Shown piece after piece: positions 39,955 to 53,500 of a stretch of DNA of 64,000 nucleotides. Each line of letters starts with the position of its first letter. Positions within the stretch are counted from its first letter, which is position 1. The notes beneath the pieces were generated by a model that was given only the letters and a program-made list of their open reading frames with translations, was not told the origin of the DNA and made no database searches. Made by a program: the position numbers and the translations under genes. Source of the stretch: Eledone cirrhosa. Its lineage: Eukaryota. The DNA lies in NCBI GenBank assembly GCA_964016885.1, contig OZ024754.1:15624001-15688000 (forward strand), written 5' to 3'.

Positions 39955-41034
39955 GAGAGACGTAAAATAAGAAAATTATAAAATTAACTTACTTACTAAA
40001 AAATCACTTCCAACTAATTAGTTTCTGGAATGGAGTAAATATATTTTCAGAAGAAACACATAGAAAAATCATTCCGTCATCAGGAAAGTCTTTTTCCGTA
40101 TAGGTCTCCAGGCATAGCGAGGACACTGGAAACTTATTAAAAAAATAATTCAGTGCAATGGAAATAGCAAAGCGTGGACTGGATTCCAAGCCATTGAGAA
40201 AATCACTGCCTCCTCGTCTGTGGCAAATTCAAAAAGAATCAATCACGTGACATCGAGGTCAATCAGTGGAAAGCGAGTGGTTATTAAGACAGCGGCCAGC
40301 TTACTACCATAGTAGCAGTCATGGCCAAATATTGCTCGACAAATGAATTGGAGATAATTATAAGGAATTTATATCTAGTAACATTTATATACACACAGAT
40401 GCATATCAATGCTAGCAAATATATAGGTTTTGTCTTATTAACAATATATTTGCTAGCATTGATATGCATCTGTGTGTATATAAATGTTACTAGATATAAA
40501 TTCCTTATAATTATCTCCAATTCATTTGTCGAGCAATATTTGGCCATGACTGCTACTATGGCAGTAAACTGGCCGCTGTCTTAATAACCACTCGCTTTCC
40601 ACTGATTGACCTCGATGTCACGTGATTGATTCTTTTTGAATTTGCCACAGACGAGGAGGCAGTGATTTTCTCAATGGCTTGGAATCCAGTCCACGCTTTG
40701 CTATTTCCATTGCACTGAATTATTTTTTTAATAAGTTTCCAGTGTCCTCGCTATGCCTGGAGACCTATACGGAAAAAGACTTTCCTGATGACGGTATGAT
40801 TTTTCTATGTGTTTCTTCTGAAAATATATTTACTCCATTCCAGAAACTAATTAGTTGGAAGTGATTTTTTAGTAAGTAAGTTAATTTTATAATTTTCTTA
40901 TTTTACGTCTCTCATATTATTGTTCTGCAACCCCATGCATTGAACCACATTGTTAATAAGACAAAACCTATATATTTGCTAGCATTGATATGCATCTGTG
41001 TGTATATAAATGTTACTAGATATAAATTCCTTAT
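39948..41034. repeat. ~970-bp palindrome (39948-40920) plus direct-repeat tail (40950-41034) of a 526-bp non-coding unit
   Basis: Mirror ORFs sum to 80868; ~19-nt spacer at 40425-40443; ATATATTTGCTAGC recurs at 40444 and 40970. Confidence 0.92.
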
Positions 41035-41139
41035 ATATATATATATATATATATATAGCGTAAAACAAAAAACCATATCATTTGTGCTGCATCACTGTTT
41101 TTTCATATATTAAACCATATATACATATATACAGACATA

Positions 41140-41202
<63 letters not shown>

Positions 41203-41491
41203 GCACATACATAAATTCATACATACACTTACATATATATATACATATACATATATATATATACATATACACACACATATATATATATATATAGCTACAT
41301 ACATAGTACATACATATGCACATATACCTAAATGTTCATACACATATATACATACATACACATACAAAGGCACATACATATATAAATATATAAGTAAATA
41401 CACAAATACGCACAAACCACATACACACACACATATATATCGAAATACGTTCATATATACACATATTCATATATACTGTATATATATATAT

Positions 41492-41552
<61 letters not shown>

Positions 41553-41690
41553 CAAACTCACACACACATACACATATATATACATATATATACATACACA
41601 CACATATATATAAATAAAAACATATATACATATGTTGATTTAACACTTCACTGCTCGCAAGTGTTTTTTAAGCTTCATATCATGTCTCCC

Positions 41691-41761
41691 TATTTTATCT
41701 GATGAGAACGCAAATATCATCCTATGATTATATTTGTTTTTGAAATGCGCATAATAAAATA
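41691..41761 (+). ncRNA. Type I hammerhead ribozyme (TGCGCA family)
   Basis: TATTTTAT-CTGATGA-GAACGCAAATATCAT..ATGATTATATTTGTTTTT-GAAA-TGCGCA-TA-ATAAAATA. Confidence 0.8.
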
Positions 41762-42021
41762 CATGGAACTCTTTTAACCATCTTTTGATTTTATATTATT
41801 TATACATATATATACATATACATATATACATACATACATACACATACATATATACATATACCTATATATATATAAATATATTCAGGTTTGTGGTTCACCA
41901 CTGTATAGAGCTGGTCTATTCCGTATGGTCAATCGTAATGTAATAATATAGAGAGTACTCAACGTAAAGCAGTTCAACCGTCTTTGTTTTTGTAGTTGGT
42001 GGTGCTATTACGGAGTTAAAT

Positions 42022-42188
42022 ATTATAATGAAATGACAGGAGGATGGACTTGTGTAAATCCTTGAAAGGTTTATTATACTATGATCATTTCAATGACAGG
42101 GTTCCGTATGAATCCGGTCATTGAAATGATCATAGTATAATAAACCTTTCAAGGATTTACACAAATCCAGCCTCCTGTCATTTCATTA

Positions 42189-42192
<4 letters not shown>
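42022..42192. repeat. 171-bp hairpin derived from the 30530-30610 pLTR
   Basis: Arms pair around loop CGTAT (42105-42109). Confidence 0.92.
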
Positions 42193-42251
<59 letters not shown>

Positions 42252-42283
42252 AGATCAAAAGATGGTTAAAGGAGTTCAATATA

Positions 42284-42350
42284 TTTTATTATGCGCATTT
42301 CAAAAACAAACATCATCAAACAATAATATTTGTGTTTTCATCAGATAAAA
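42284..42350 (-). ncRNA. Type I hammerhead ribozyme (TGCGCA family, left arm)
   Basis: Reverse complement of 42618-42684. Confidence 0.75.
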
Positions 42351-42617
42351 CAGGAGAACATGATATGAAGGCTAAAAAAACACTTGTTGATAGTGCAGTT
42401 TTAAATCAACATATGAAAAGTGGTTTTAGATTGATGTGTGATATTGGGAAAAATATTTTATTTTATTTTATTTCATCCTTTTCTCTCCCCCCCCCCCCCT
42501 CTCTAAATAAAATATTTTTCCCAATATCACACATCAATCTAAAACCACTTTTCATATGTTGATTTAAAACTGCACTATCAACAAGTGTTTTTTTAGCCTT
42601 CATATCATGTTCTCCTG

Positions 42618-42684
42618 TTTTATCTGATGAAAACACAAATATTATTGTTTGATGATGTTTGTTTTTGAAATGCGCATAATAAAA
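42618..42684 (+). ncRNA. Type I hammerhead ribozyme (TGCGCA family, right arm)
   Basis: TTTTAT-CTGATGA-AAACACAAATATTATT..GATGATGTTTGTTTTT-GAAA-TGCGCA-TA-ATAAAA. Confidence 0.75.
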
Positions 42685-42809
42685 TATATGAACTCCTTTA
42701 ACCATCTTTTGATCTTATATTATGCATACTCCAGTCCCACAAACTGTAGAGTGCTTCTTATCCGATATCTGCATTGCTTTATTGTACTACAATAAAACTC
42801 ACCTCCTAC

Positions 42810-42889
<80 letters not shown>

Positions 42890-43319
42890 CACACACAAAC
42901 ATACACATACATACACATATACGCATATACATATAAACGCACGTACACACAAACATACGCATACATACGTACGGCCACTCATACAAATACGCACATACAT
43001 ACACTCATAAATATACACATATACACAGACACATATATACAGTATAAAGATGAATTACGCTGTACATGCGGAAAGAGCAGATAGGTAAGAAGTACTTACA
43101 TGCCCATAGTGCCGTGTTTCGGGTCGAGACGGGGTAGGGGTAGGGTGGGAAGGAGGTGGAGGGGTATTTTGTCGAGTGGGTTTTTTTAAAAAAAAGGGAA
43201 ATCTTTTTTAGCCATCTGGCATTAACACTGACTTAAGGTATTTGAAGGTTGCAAACTTTTTGTGCATGTAATTCCGGCAGTGTTCAGAGAGTTTGTTCAG
43301 TAGCGGGCCCTTGGCAAAT

Positions 43320-43452
43320 AATATTTCGTAGCTCTCTGAGATACAAAGACTCAATGTTTAGACAAATCACAGAGGCAATAAACATAAATGAACTCCAACC
43401 AAAATTAAATAGAAAACATGAATGGAATATCAACATCACAACTTACAATTAA
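43320..43452 (+). pseudogene. Extreme C-terminus of a GIY-YIG-type PLE ORF
   Basis: DSMFRQITEAINI..LQPKLNRKHEWN has the conserved E and N of GIY-YIG; an HHR-like motif lies 200 bp downstream. Confidence 0.55.
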
Positions 43453-43644
43453 AGACAAAATAAAAACACACACGCAAAGAACAAACAACCAACTAGTAAC
43501 ATCTAAATAAACAAATAAATAAACAAATAAAGACACACACAGACACCCGGATGTAACACATGCTCAAATTAAGCACACAACACACACAAAAACAAGATGG
43601 CGTAGGACAGAACAAAGGAGAGGCACAAAACAAAGAAAAGAATC

Positions 43645-43705
43645 CCCGGTCACTGATGAGGTCACAGAATGTGTGACGAAAGAACTTTGACAATTCGGTT
43701 GTGGA
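43645..43705 (+). ncRNA. Partly decayed hammerhead ribozyme
   Basis: CTGATGA-G-GTCACA-GAATG-TGTGAC-GAAA-GAA..TTC; stem I and the cleavage triplet are unclear. Confidence 0.5.
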
Positions 43706-43830
43706 ACCAACCAGCCAACCGGAAATTTATAAAAAAATTTAAATTTATAATTTAATTTATAATAAATTGGAGTGAAAGCAACTGGTGCGTGTGTTTCTTA
43801 TTGGCAACATGACCCTCCCAAAGTATAACA

Positions 43831-43893
<63 letters not shown>

Positions 43894-43898
<5 letters not shown>

Positions 43899-44583
43899 GG
43901 CACCTATGAGGAAACAGTAAATAAATAAACAATAGCAGCCTCTTCGCGGCCAACCGCTATAGAAAAATTACCCAACATTTCAAATGAATTAAATATACGA
44001 TCAACCATACACAATTAGGTATAAAATTAAAGTTAGAAATGCTTATATACATACCAGGATTACGTCCCTACCCTTGGGTTCGTTCTCATTTTGAGATATC
44101 CTATTAAGGATAAATCTCGAGTTTCGAACTCGTCAGGGTACAAACTCGCTAGGACAGATTATTTTCTGAAGTGGCCCCGCCAAACACGAATTCAAAATGG
44201 CTAAGAACTGTGATGTGGCAGTGGTCAAGTCAGAAAGAGTGTGATTGGTTGCTTACGGCGAGTGGGTTGGTTGCTAGAAAGCGCAGCCCAATATTGCCCA
44301 AATTGCATCTCAACCTTATGGGAGATTATTAAATATAAATATTTACATATACACCAATTAAACAAAGTCACAGGTATATATGCGTTTTGGCACCCATTCA
44401 CGATGTGGCTCAATGAAGAATTAATAAATTAAATAATCAGAGCAATATACTATAAAGTAAAGTATGTCCATAGAATCATTTGATAATATATATACATCAT
44501 TTCCTCTCCTAATTAGCATAATTAACCACACAAAAAATCAATTAGACCAGGCTATAAGATTAAAAGGCACCTATGAGGAAACA
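43894..44583. repeat. 667-bp unit bounded by 23-bp direct repeat
   Basis: TAAAAGGCACCTATGAGGAAACA at 43894-43916 and 44561-44583. Confidence 0.8.
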
Positions 44584-47500
44584 CACTAACACTTACCTAC
44601 ACACACTAACACCTACCTACACACACTAACACCTACCTACACACTACCACCTACCTACACACACTGCCACCTACCTACACACACTACCACCTACCTACAC
44701 ACTACCACCTTACTACACACACTAACACCTACCTACACATTACCACCTACCTACACACTACCACCTACCTACACACTAGCACCTACCTACACACTAACAC
44801 CTACCTACACACTACCACCTACCTACACACACTGCCACCTACCTACACACACTACCACCTACCTACACACTACCACCTTACTACACACACTAACACCTAC
44901 CTACACATTACCACCTACCTACACACTACCACCTACCTACACACTACCATCTACCTACACACTACCACCTACCTACACACTACCACCTACCTACACACTA
45001 CCATCTACCTACACACTACCACCTACCTACACACTACCACCTACCTACACACTACCACCTACCTACACACTACCACCTACCTACACACTAGCACCTACCT
45101 ACACACTACCACCTACCTACACACACTGCCACCTACCTACACACACTACCACCTACCTACACACTACCACCTTACTACACACACTAACACCTACCTACAC
45201 ATTACCACCTACCTACACACTACCACCTACCTACACACTACCACCTACCTACACACTACCATCTACCTACACACTACCACCTACCTACACACTACCACCT
45301 ACCTACACACTAGCACCTACCTACACACTACCACCTACCTACACACTACCACCTACCTACACACTACCACCTACCTACACACTACCACCTACCTACACAC
45401 TACCACCTACCTACACACTACCACCTACCTACACACTACCACCTACCTACACACACTACCACCTACCTACACACTACCACCTACCTACACACTAGCACCT
45501 ACCTACACACTACCATCTACCTACACACTACCACCTACCTACACACTACCACCTACCTACACACTAGCACCTACCTACACACTACCACCTACCTACACAC
45601 TACCACCTACCTACACACTACCACCTACCTACACACTACCACCTACCTACACACCACCACCTACCTACACACTACCACCTACCTACACACTACCACCTAC
45701 CTACACACTACCACCTACCTACACACTAGCACCTACCTACACACTACCATCTACCTACACACTACCACCTACCTACACACTACCACCTACCTACACACTA
45801 CCACCTACCTACACACTAGCACCTACCTACACACTACCACCTACCTACACACTACCACCTACCTACACACTAGCACCTACCTACACACTACCATCTACCT
45901 ACACACTACCACCTACCTACACACTACCACCTACCTACACACTAGCACCTACCTACACACTACCACCTACCTACACACTACCACCTACCTACACACTACC
46001 ACCTACCTACACACTACCACCTACCTACACACTACCACCTACCTACACACTACCACCTACCTACACACTACCACCTACCTACACACTACCACCTACCTAC
46101 ACACTAGCACCTACCTACACACTACCACCTACCTACACACTACCACCTACCTACACACTAGCACCTACCTACACACTACCATCTACCTACACACTACCAC
46201 CTACCTACACACTACCACCTACCTACACACTACCACCTACCTACACACTACCACCTACCTACACACTACCACCTACCTACACACTACCACCTACCTACAC
46301 ACTACCACCTACCTACACACTACCACCTACCTACACACTACCACCTACCTACACACTACCACCTACCTACACACTACCACCTACCTACACACTACCACCT
46401 ACCTACACACTAGCACCTACCTACACACTACCACCTACCTACACACTACCACCTACCTACACACTAGCACCTACCTACACACTACCATCTACCTACACAC
46501 TACCACCTACCTACACACTACCACCTACCTACACACTAGCACCTACCTACACACTACCACCTACCTACACACTACCACCTACCTACACACTACCACCTAC
46601 CTACACACCACCACCTACCTACACACCACCACCTACCTACACACTACCACCTACCTACACACCACCACCTACCTACACACTACCACCTACCTACACACTA
46701 CCACCTACCTACACACACTACCACCTACCTACACACTACCACCTACCTACACACTAACACCTACCTACACACCACCACCTACCTACACACTACCACCTAC
46801 CTACACACACTACCACCTGCCTACACACTAACACCTACCTACACACAACCACCTACCTACACACTACCACCTACCTACACACAGCCACCTACCTACACAC
46901 TACCACCTACCTACACACCACCACCTACCTACACACTAACACCTACCTACACACTACCACCTACCTACACACTGCCACCTACCTACACACTACCACCTAC
47001 CTACACACTACCACCTACCTACACACTACCACCTACCTACACACACTACCACCTACCTACACACTACCACCTACCTACACACCACCACCTACCTACACAC
47101 TAACACCTACCTACACACTACCACCTACCTACACACTACCACCTACCTACACACTGCCACCTACCTACACACTACCACCTACCTACACACTACCACCTAC
47201 CTACACACACTACCACCTACCTACACACTACCACCTACCTACACACTAACACCTACCTACACACCACCACCTACCTACACACTACCACCTACCTACACAC
47301 ACTACCACCTGCCTACACACTAACACCTACCTACACACAACCACCTACCTACACACTACCACCTACCTACACACAGCCACCTACCTACACACTACCACCT
47401 ACCTACACACCACCACCTACCTACACACTAACACCTACCTACACACTACCACCTACATACACACTGCCACCTACCTACACACTACCACCTACCTACACAC

Positions 47501-50500
47501 TACCACCTACCTACACACTACCACCTACCTACACACACTACCACCTACCTACACACTACCACCTACCTACACACCACCACCTACCTACACACTAACACCT
47601 ACCTACACACTACCACCTACCTACACACTGCCACCTACCTACACACTACCACCTACCTACACACTAACACCTACCTACACACTACCACCTACCTACACAC
47701 TACCACCTACCTACACACTACCACCTACCTACACACTACCACCTACCTACACACTACCACCTACCTACACACCACCACCTACCTACACACTACCACCTAC
47801 CTACACACTACCACCTACCTACACACTACCACCTACCTACACACCACCTCCTACATACACACTACCACCTACCTACACACACTACCACCTACCTACACAC
47901 CACCACCTACCTACACACTACCACCTACCTACACACCACCACCTACCTACACACCACCACCTACCTACACACCACCACCTACCTACACACCACCACCTAC
48001 CTACACACTACCACCTACCTACACACTACCACCTACCTACACACTACCACCTACCTACACACTACCACCTACCTACACACCACCACCTACCTACACACTA
48101 CCACCTACCTACACACTACCACCTACCTACACACCATCACCTACCTACACACTACCACCTACCTACACACCACCACCTACCTACACACCACCACCTACCT
48201 ACACACCACCACCTACCTACACACCACCACCTACCTACACACTAACACCTACCTACACACTACCACCTACCTACACACTGCCACCTACCTACACACTACC
48301 ACCTACCTACACACTACCACCTACCTACACACCACCACCTACCTACACACTACCACCTACCTACACACTACCACCTACCTACACACCATCACCTACCTAC
48401 ACACTACCACCTACCTACACACCACCACCTACCTACACACCACCACCTACCTACACACCACCACCTACCTACACACTGCCACCTACCTACACACTACCAC
48501 CTACCTACACACTACCACCTACCTACACACTACCACCTACCTACACACCATCACCTACCTACACACTACCACCTACCTACACACCACCACCTACCTACAC
48601 ACCACCACCTACCTACACACCACCACCTACCTACACACCACCACCTACCTACACACCACCACCTACCTACACACCACCACCTACCTACACACTACCACCT
48701 ACCTACACACTGCCACCTACCTACACACACTACCACCTACCTACACACACTACCACCTACCTACACACTACCACCTACCTACACACTACCACCTACCTAC
48801 ACACTACCACCTACCTACACACTAACACCTACCTACACACTACCACCTACCTACACACCACCACCTACCTACACACTACCACCTACCTACACACTAACAC
48901 CTACCTACACACTACCACCTACCTACACACCACCACCTACCTACACACCACCACCTACCTACACACTACCACCTACCTACACACCACCACCTACCTACAC
49001 ACTACCACCTACCTACACACTACCACCTACCTACACACTGCCACCTACCTACACACTACCACCTACCTACATACTAACACCTACCTACACACTACCACCT
49101 ACCTACACACTACCACCTACCTACACACTGCCACCTACCTACACACTACCACCTACCTACACACTACCACCTACCTACACACACTACCACCTACCTACAC
49201 ACACTACCACCTACCTACACACACTACCAGCTACCTACACACACTACCACCTACCTACACACACTACCACCTACCTACACACACTGCCACCTACCTACAC
49301 ACTAGCACCTACCTACACACTAACACCTACCTACACACTACCACCTACCTACACACTGCCACCTACCTACACACCATCACCTACCTACACACTTCCACCT
49401 ACCTACACACCACCACCTACCTACACACCACCACCTACCTACACACTACCACCTACCTACACACCACCACCTACCTACACACCACCACCTACCTACACAC
49501 CACCACCTACCTACACACTACCACCTACCTACACACTACCACCTACCTACACACCATCACCTACCTACACACTACCACCTACCTACACACCACCACCTAC
49601 CTACACACCACCACCTACCTACACACTACCACCTACCTACACACCACCACCTACCTACACACTACCACCTACCTACACACTACCACCTACCTACACACTG
49701 CCACCTACCTACACACTACCACCTACCTACACACTACCACCTACCTACACACCACCACCTACCTACACACTACCACCTACCTACACACTACCACCTACCT
49801 ACACACCATCACCTACCTACACACTACCACCTACCTACACACCACCACCTACCTACACACCACCACCTACCTACACACCACCACCTACCTACACACTACC
49901 ACCTACCTACACACTACCACCTACCTACACACTAACACCTACCTACACACTACCACCTACCTACACACTACCACCTACCTACACACCACCACCTACCTAC
50001 ACACTACCACCTACCTACACACTACCACCTACCTACACACTGCCACCTACCTACACACTACCACCTACCTACACACTACCACCTACCTACACACTGCCAC
50101 CTACCTACACACTACCACCTACCTACACACTACCACCTACCTACACACTAACACCTACCTACACACTACCACCTACCTACACACTACCACCTACCTACAC
50201 ACCACCACCTACCTACACACTACCACCTACCTACACACTACCACCTACCTACACACCACCACCTACCTACACACCACCACCTACCTACACACTACCACCT
50301 ACCTACACACTACCACCTACCTACACACTACCACCTACCTACACACTACCACCTACCTACACACCACCACCTACCTACACACCACCACCTACCTACACAC
50401 TACCACCTACCTACACACTACCACCTACCTACACACTGCCACCTACCTACACACTACCACCTACCTACACACTAACACCTACCTACACACTACCACCTAC

Positions 50501-53500
50501 CTACACACTACCACCTACCTACACACTGCCACCTACCTACACACTACCACCTACCTACACACTAACACCTACCTACACACCACCACCTACCTACACACTA
50601 CCACCTACCTACACACTACCACCTACCTACACACTGCCACCTACCTACACACTACCACCTACCTACACACTGCCACCTACCTACACACTACCACCTACCT
50701 ACACACTAACCACCTACCTACACACCACCACCTACCTACACACTACCACCTACCTACACACTACCACCTACCTACACACTACCACCTACCTACACACTGC
50801 CACCTACCTACACACTACCACCTACCTACACACTAACACCTACCTACACACCACCACCTACCTACACACTAACACCTACCTACACACCACCACCTACCTA
50901 CACACTACCACCTACCTACACACTACCACCTACCTACACACTACCACCTACCTACACACTACCACCTACCTACACACTACCACCTACCTACACACTACCA
51001 CCTACCTACACACTACCACCTACCTACACACTGCCACCTACCTACACACTAACACCTACCTACACACTACCACCTACCTACACACTACCACCTACCTACA
51101 CACTAACACCTACCTACACACTACCACCTACCTACACACTAACACCTACCTACACACCACCACCTACCTACACACTACCACCTACCTACACACTACCACC
51201 TACCTACACACCACCACCTACCTACACACTACCACCTACCTACACACTACCACCTACCTACACACTACCACCTACCTACACACTACCACCTACCTACACA
51301 CCATCACCTACCTACACACTACCACCTACCTACACACCACCACCTACCTACACACCACCACCTACCTACACACCACCACCTACCTACACACCAACCACCT
51401 ACCTACACACTAACACCTACCTACACACTACCACCTACCTACACACTGCCACCTACCTACACACTACCACCTACCTACACACTAACACCTACCTACACAC
51501 TACCACCTACCTACACACTAACACCTACCTACACACCACCACCTACCTACACACTACCACCTACCTACACACTACCACCTACCTACACACTAACACCTAC
51601 CTACACACTACCACCTACCTACACACTGCCACCTACCTACACTCTACAACCTACCTACACACACTACTACCTACACACTACCACCTACCTACACACTGCA
51701 ACCTACCTACACACTACCACCTACCTACACACTAACACCTACCTACACACTACCACCTACCTACACACTGCCACCTACCTACACACTACCACCTACCTAC
51801 ACACTAACACCTACCTACACACTACCACCTACCTACACACTAACACCTACCTACACACCACCACCTACCTACACACTACCACCTACCTACACACTACCAC
51901 CTACCTACACACTAACACCTACCTACACACCACCACCTACCTACACACTGCCACCTACCTACACACTAACACCTACCTACACACTACCACCTACCTACAC
52001 ACTGCCACCTACCTACACACTACCACCTACCTACACACTACCACCTACCTACACACTACCACCTACCTACACACTACCACCTACCTACACACTACCACCT
52101 ACCTACACACTACCACCTACCTACACACCACCACCTACCTACACACTACCACCTACCTACACACCTACCACCTACCTACACACCACCACCTACCTACACA
52201 CCTACCACCTACCTACACACTACCACCTACCTACACACTACCACCTACCTACACACCACCACCTACCTACACACTACCACCTACCTACACACTACCACCT
52301 ACCTACACACACTACCACCTACCTACACACTACCACCTACCTACACACACTACCACCTACCTACACACTACCACCTACCTACACACTACCACCTACCTAC
52401 ACACTAACACCTACCTACACACTACCACCTACCTCTACACTAACACCTACCTACACACTACCACCTACCTAGACACTACCACCTACCTACACACTAACAC
52501 CTACCTACACACTACCACCTACCTACACACTAACACCTACCTACACACTACCACCTACCTCTACACTAACACCTACCTACACACTACCACCTACCTACAC
52601 ACTACCACCTACCTACACACTACCACCTACCTACACACTACCACCTACCTACACACCACCACCTACCTACACACTACCACCTACCTACACACTACCACCT
52701 ACCTACACACTACCACCTACCTACACACTACCACCTACCTACACACTACCACCTACCTACACACTACCACCTACCTACACACTACCACCTACCTACACAC
52801 TAACACCTACCTACACACTACCACCTACCTACACACTAACACCTACCTACACACTACCACCTACCTACACACTACCACCTACCTACACACTACCACCTAC
52901 CTACACACTACCACCTACCTACACACTACCACCTACCTACACACTACCACCTACCTACACACTACCACCTACCTACACACTACCACCTACCTACACACTA
53001 CCACCTACCTACACACTACCACCTACCTACACACTACCACCTACCTACACACTACCACCTACCTACACACTACCACCTACCTACACACTACCACCTACCT
53101 ACACACTACCACCTACCTACACACTACCACCTACCTACACACTACCACCTACCTACACACTACCACCTACCTACACACTACCACCTACCTACACACTACC
53201 ACCTACCTACACACTACCACCTACCTACACACTACCATCTACCTACACACTACCACCTACCTACACACTACCACCTACCTACACACTACCACCTACCTAC
53301 ACACTACCACCTACCTACACACTGCCACCTACCTACACATTACCACCTACCTACACACTACCACCTACCTACACACTAACACCTACCTACACACTACCAC
53401 CTACCTCTACACTAACACCTACCTACACACTACCACCTACCTACACACTACCACCTACCTACACACTACCACCTACCTACACACTACCACCTACCTACAC

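Larger units (their letters stand above)
42244..42810. mobile_element. Inverted pair of PLE pLTRs (palindrome 42244-42723), right arm extended by tail to ~42810
   Basis: ~220-bp arms and ~40-bp pyrimidine spacer; homologous to 38390-38630 and 41630-41800. Confidence 0.88.
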
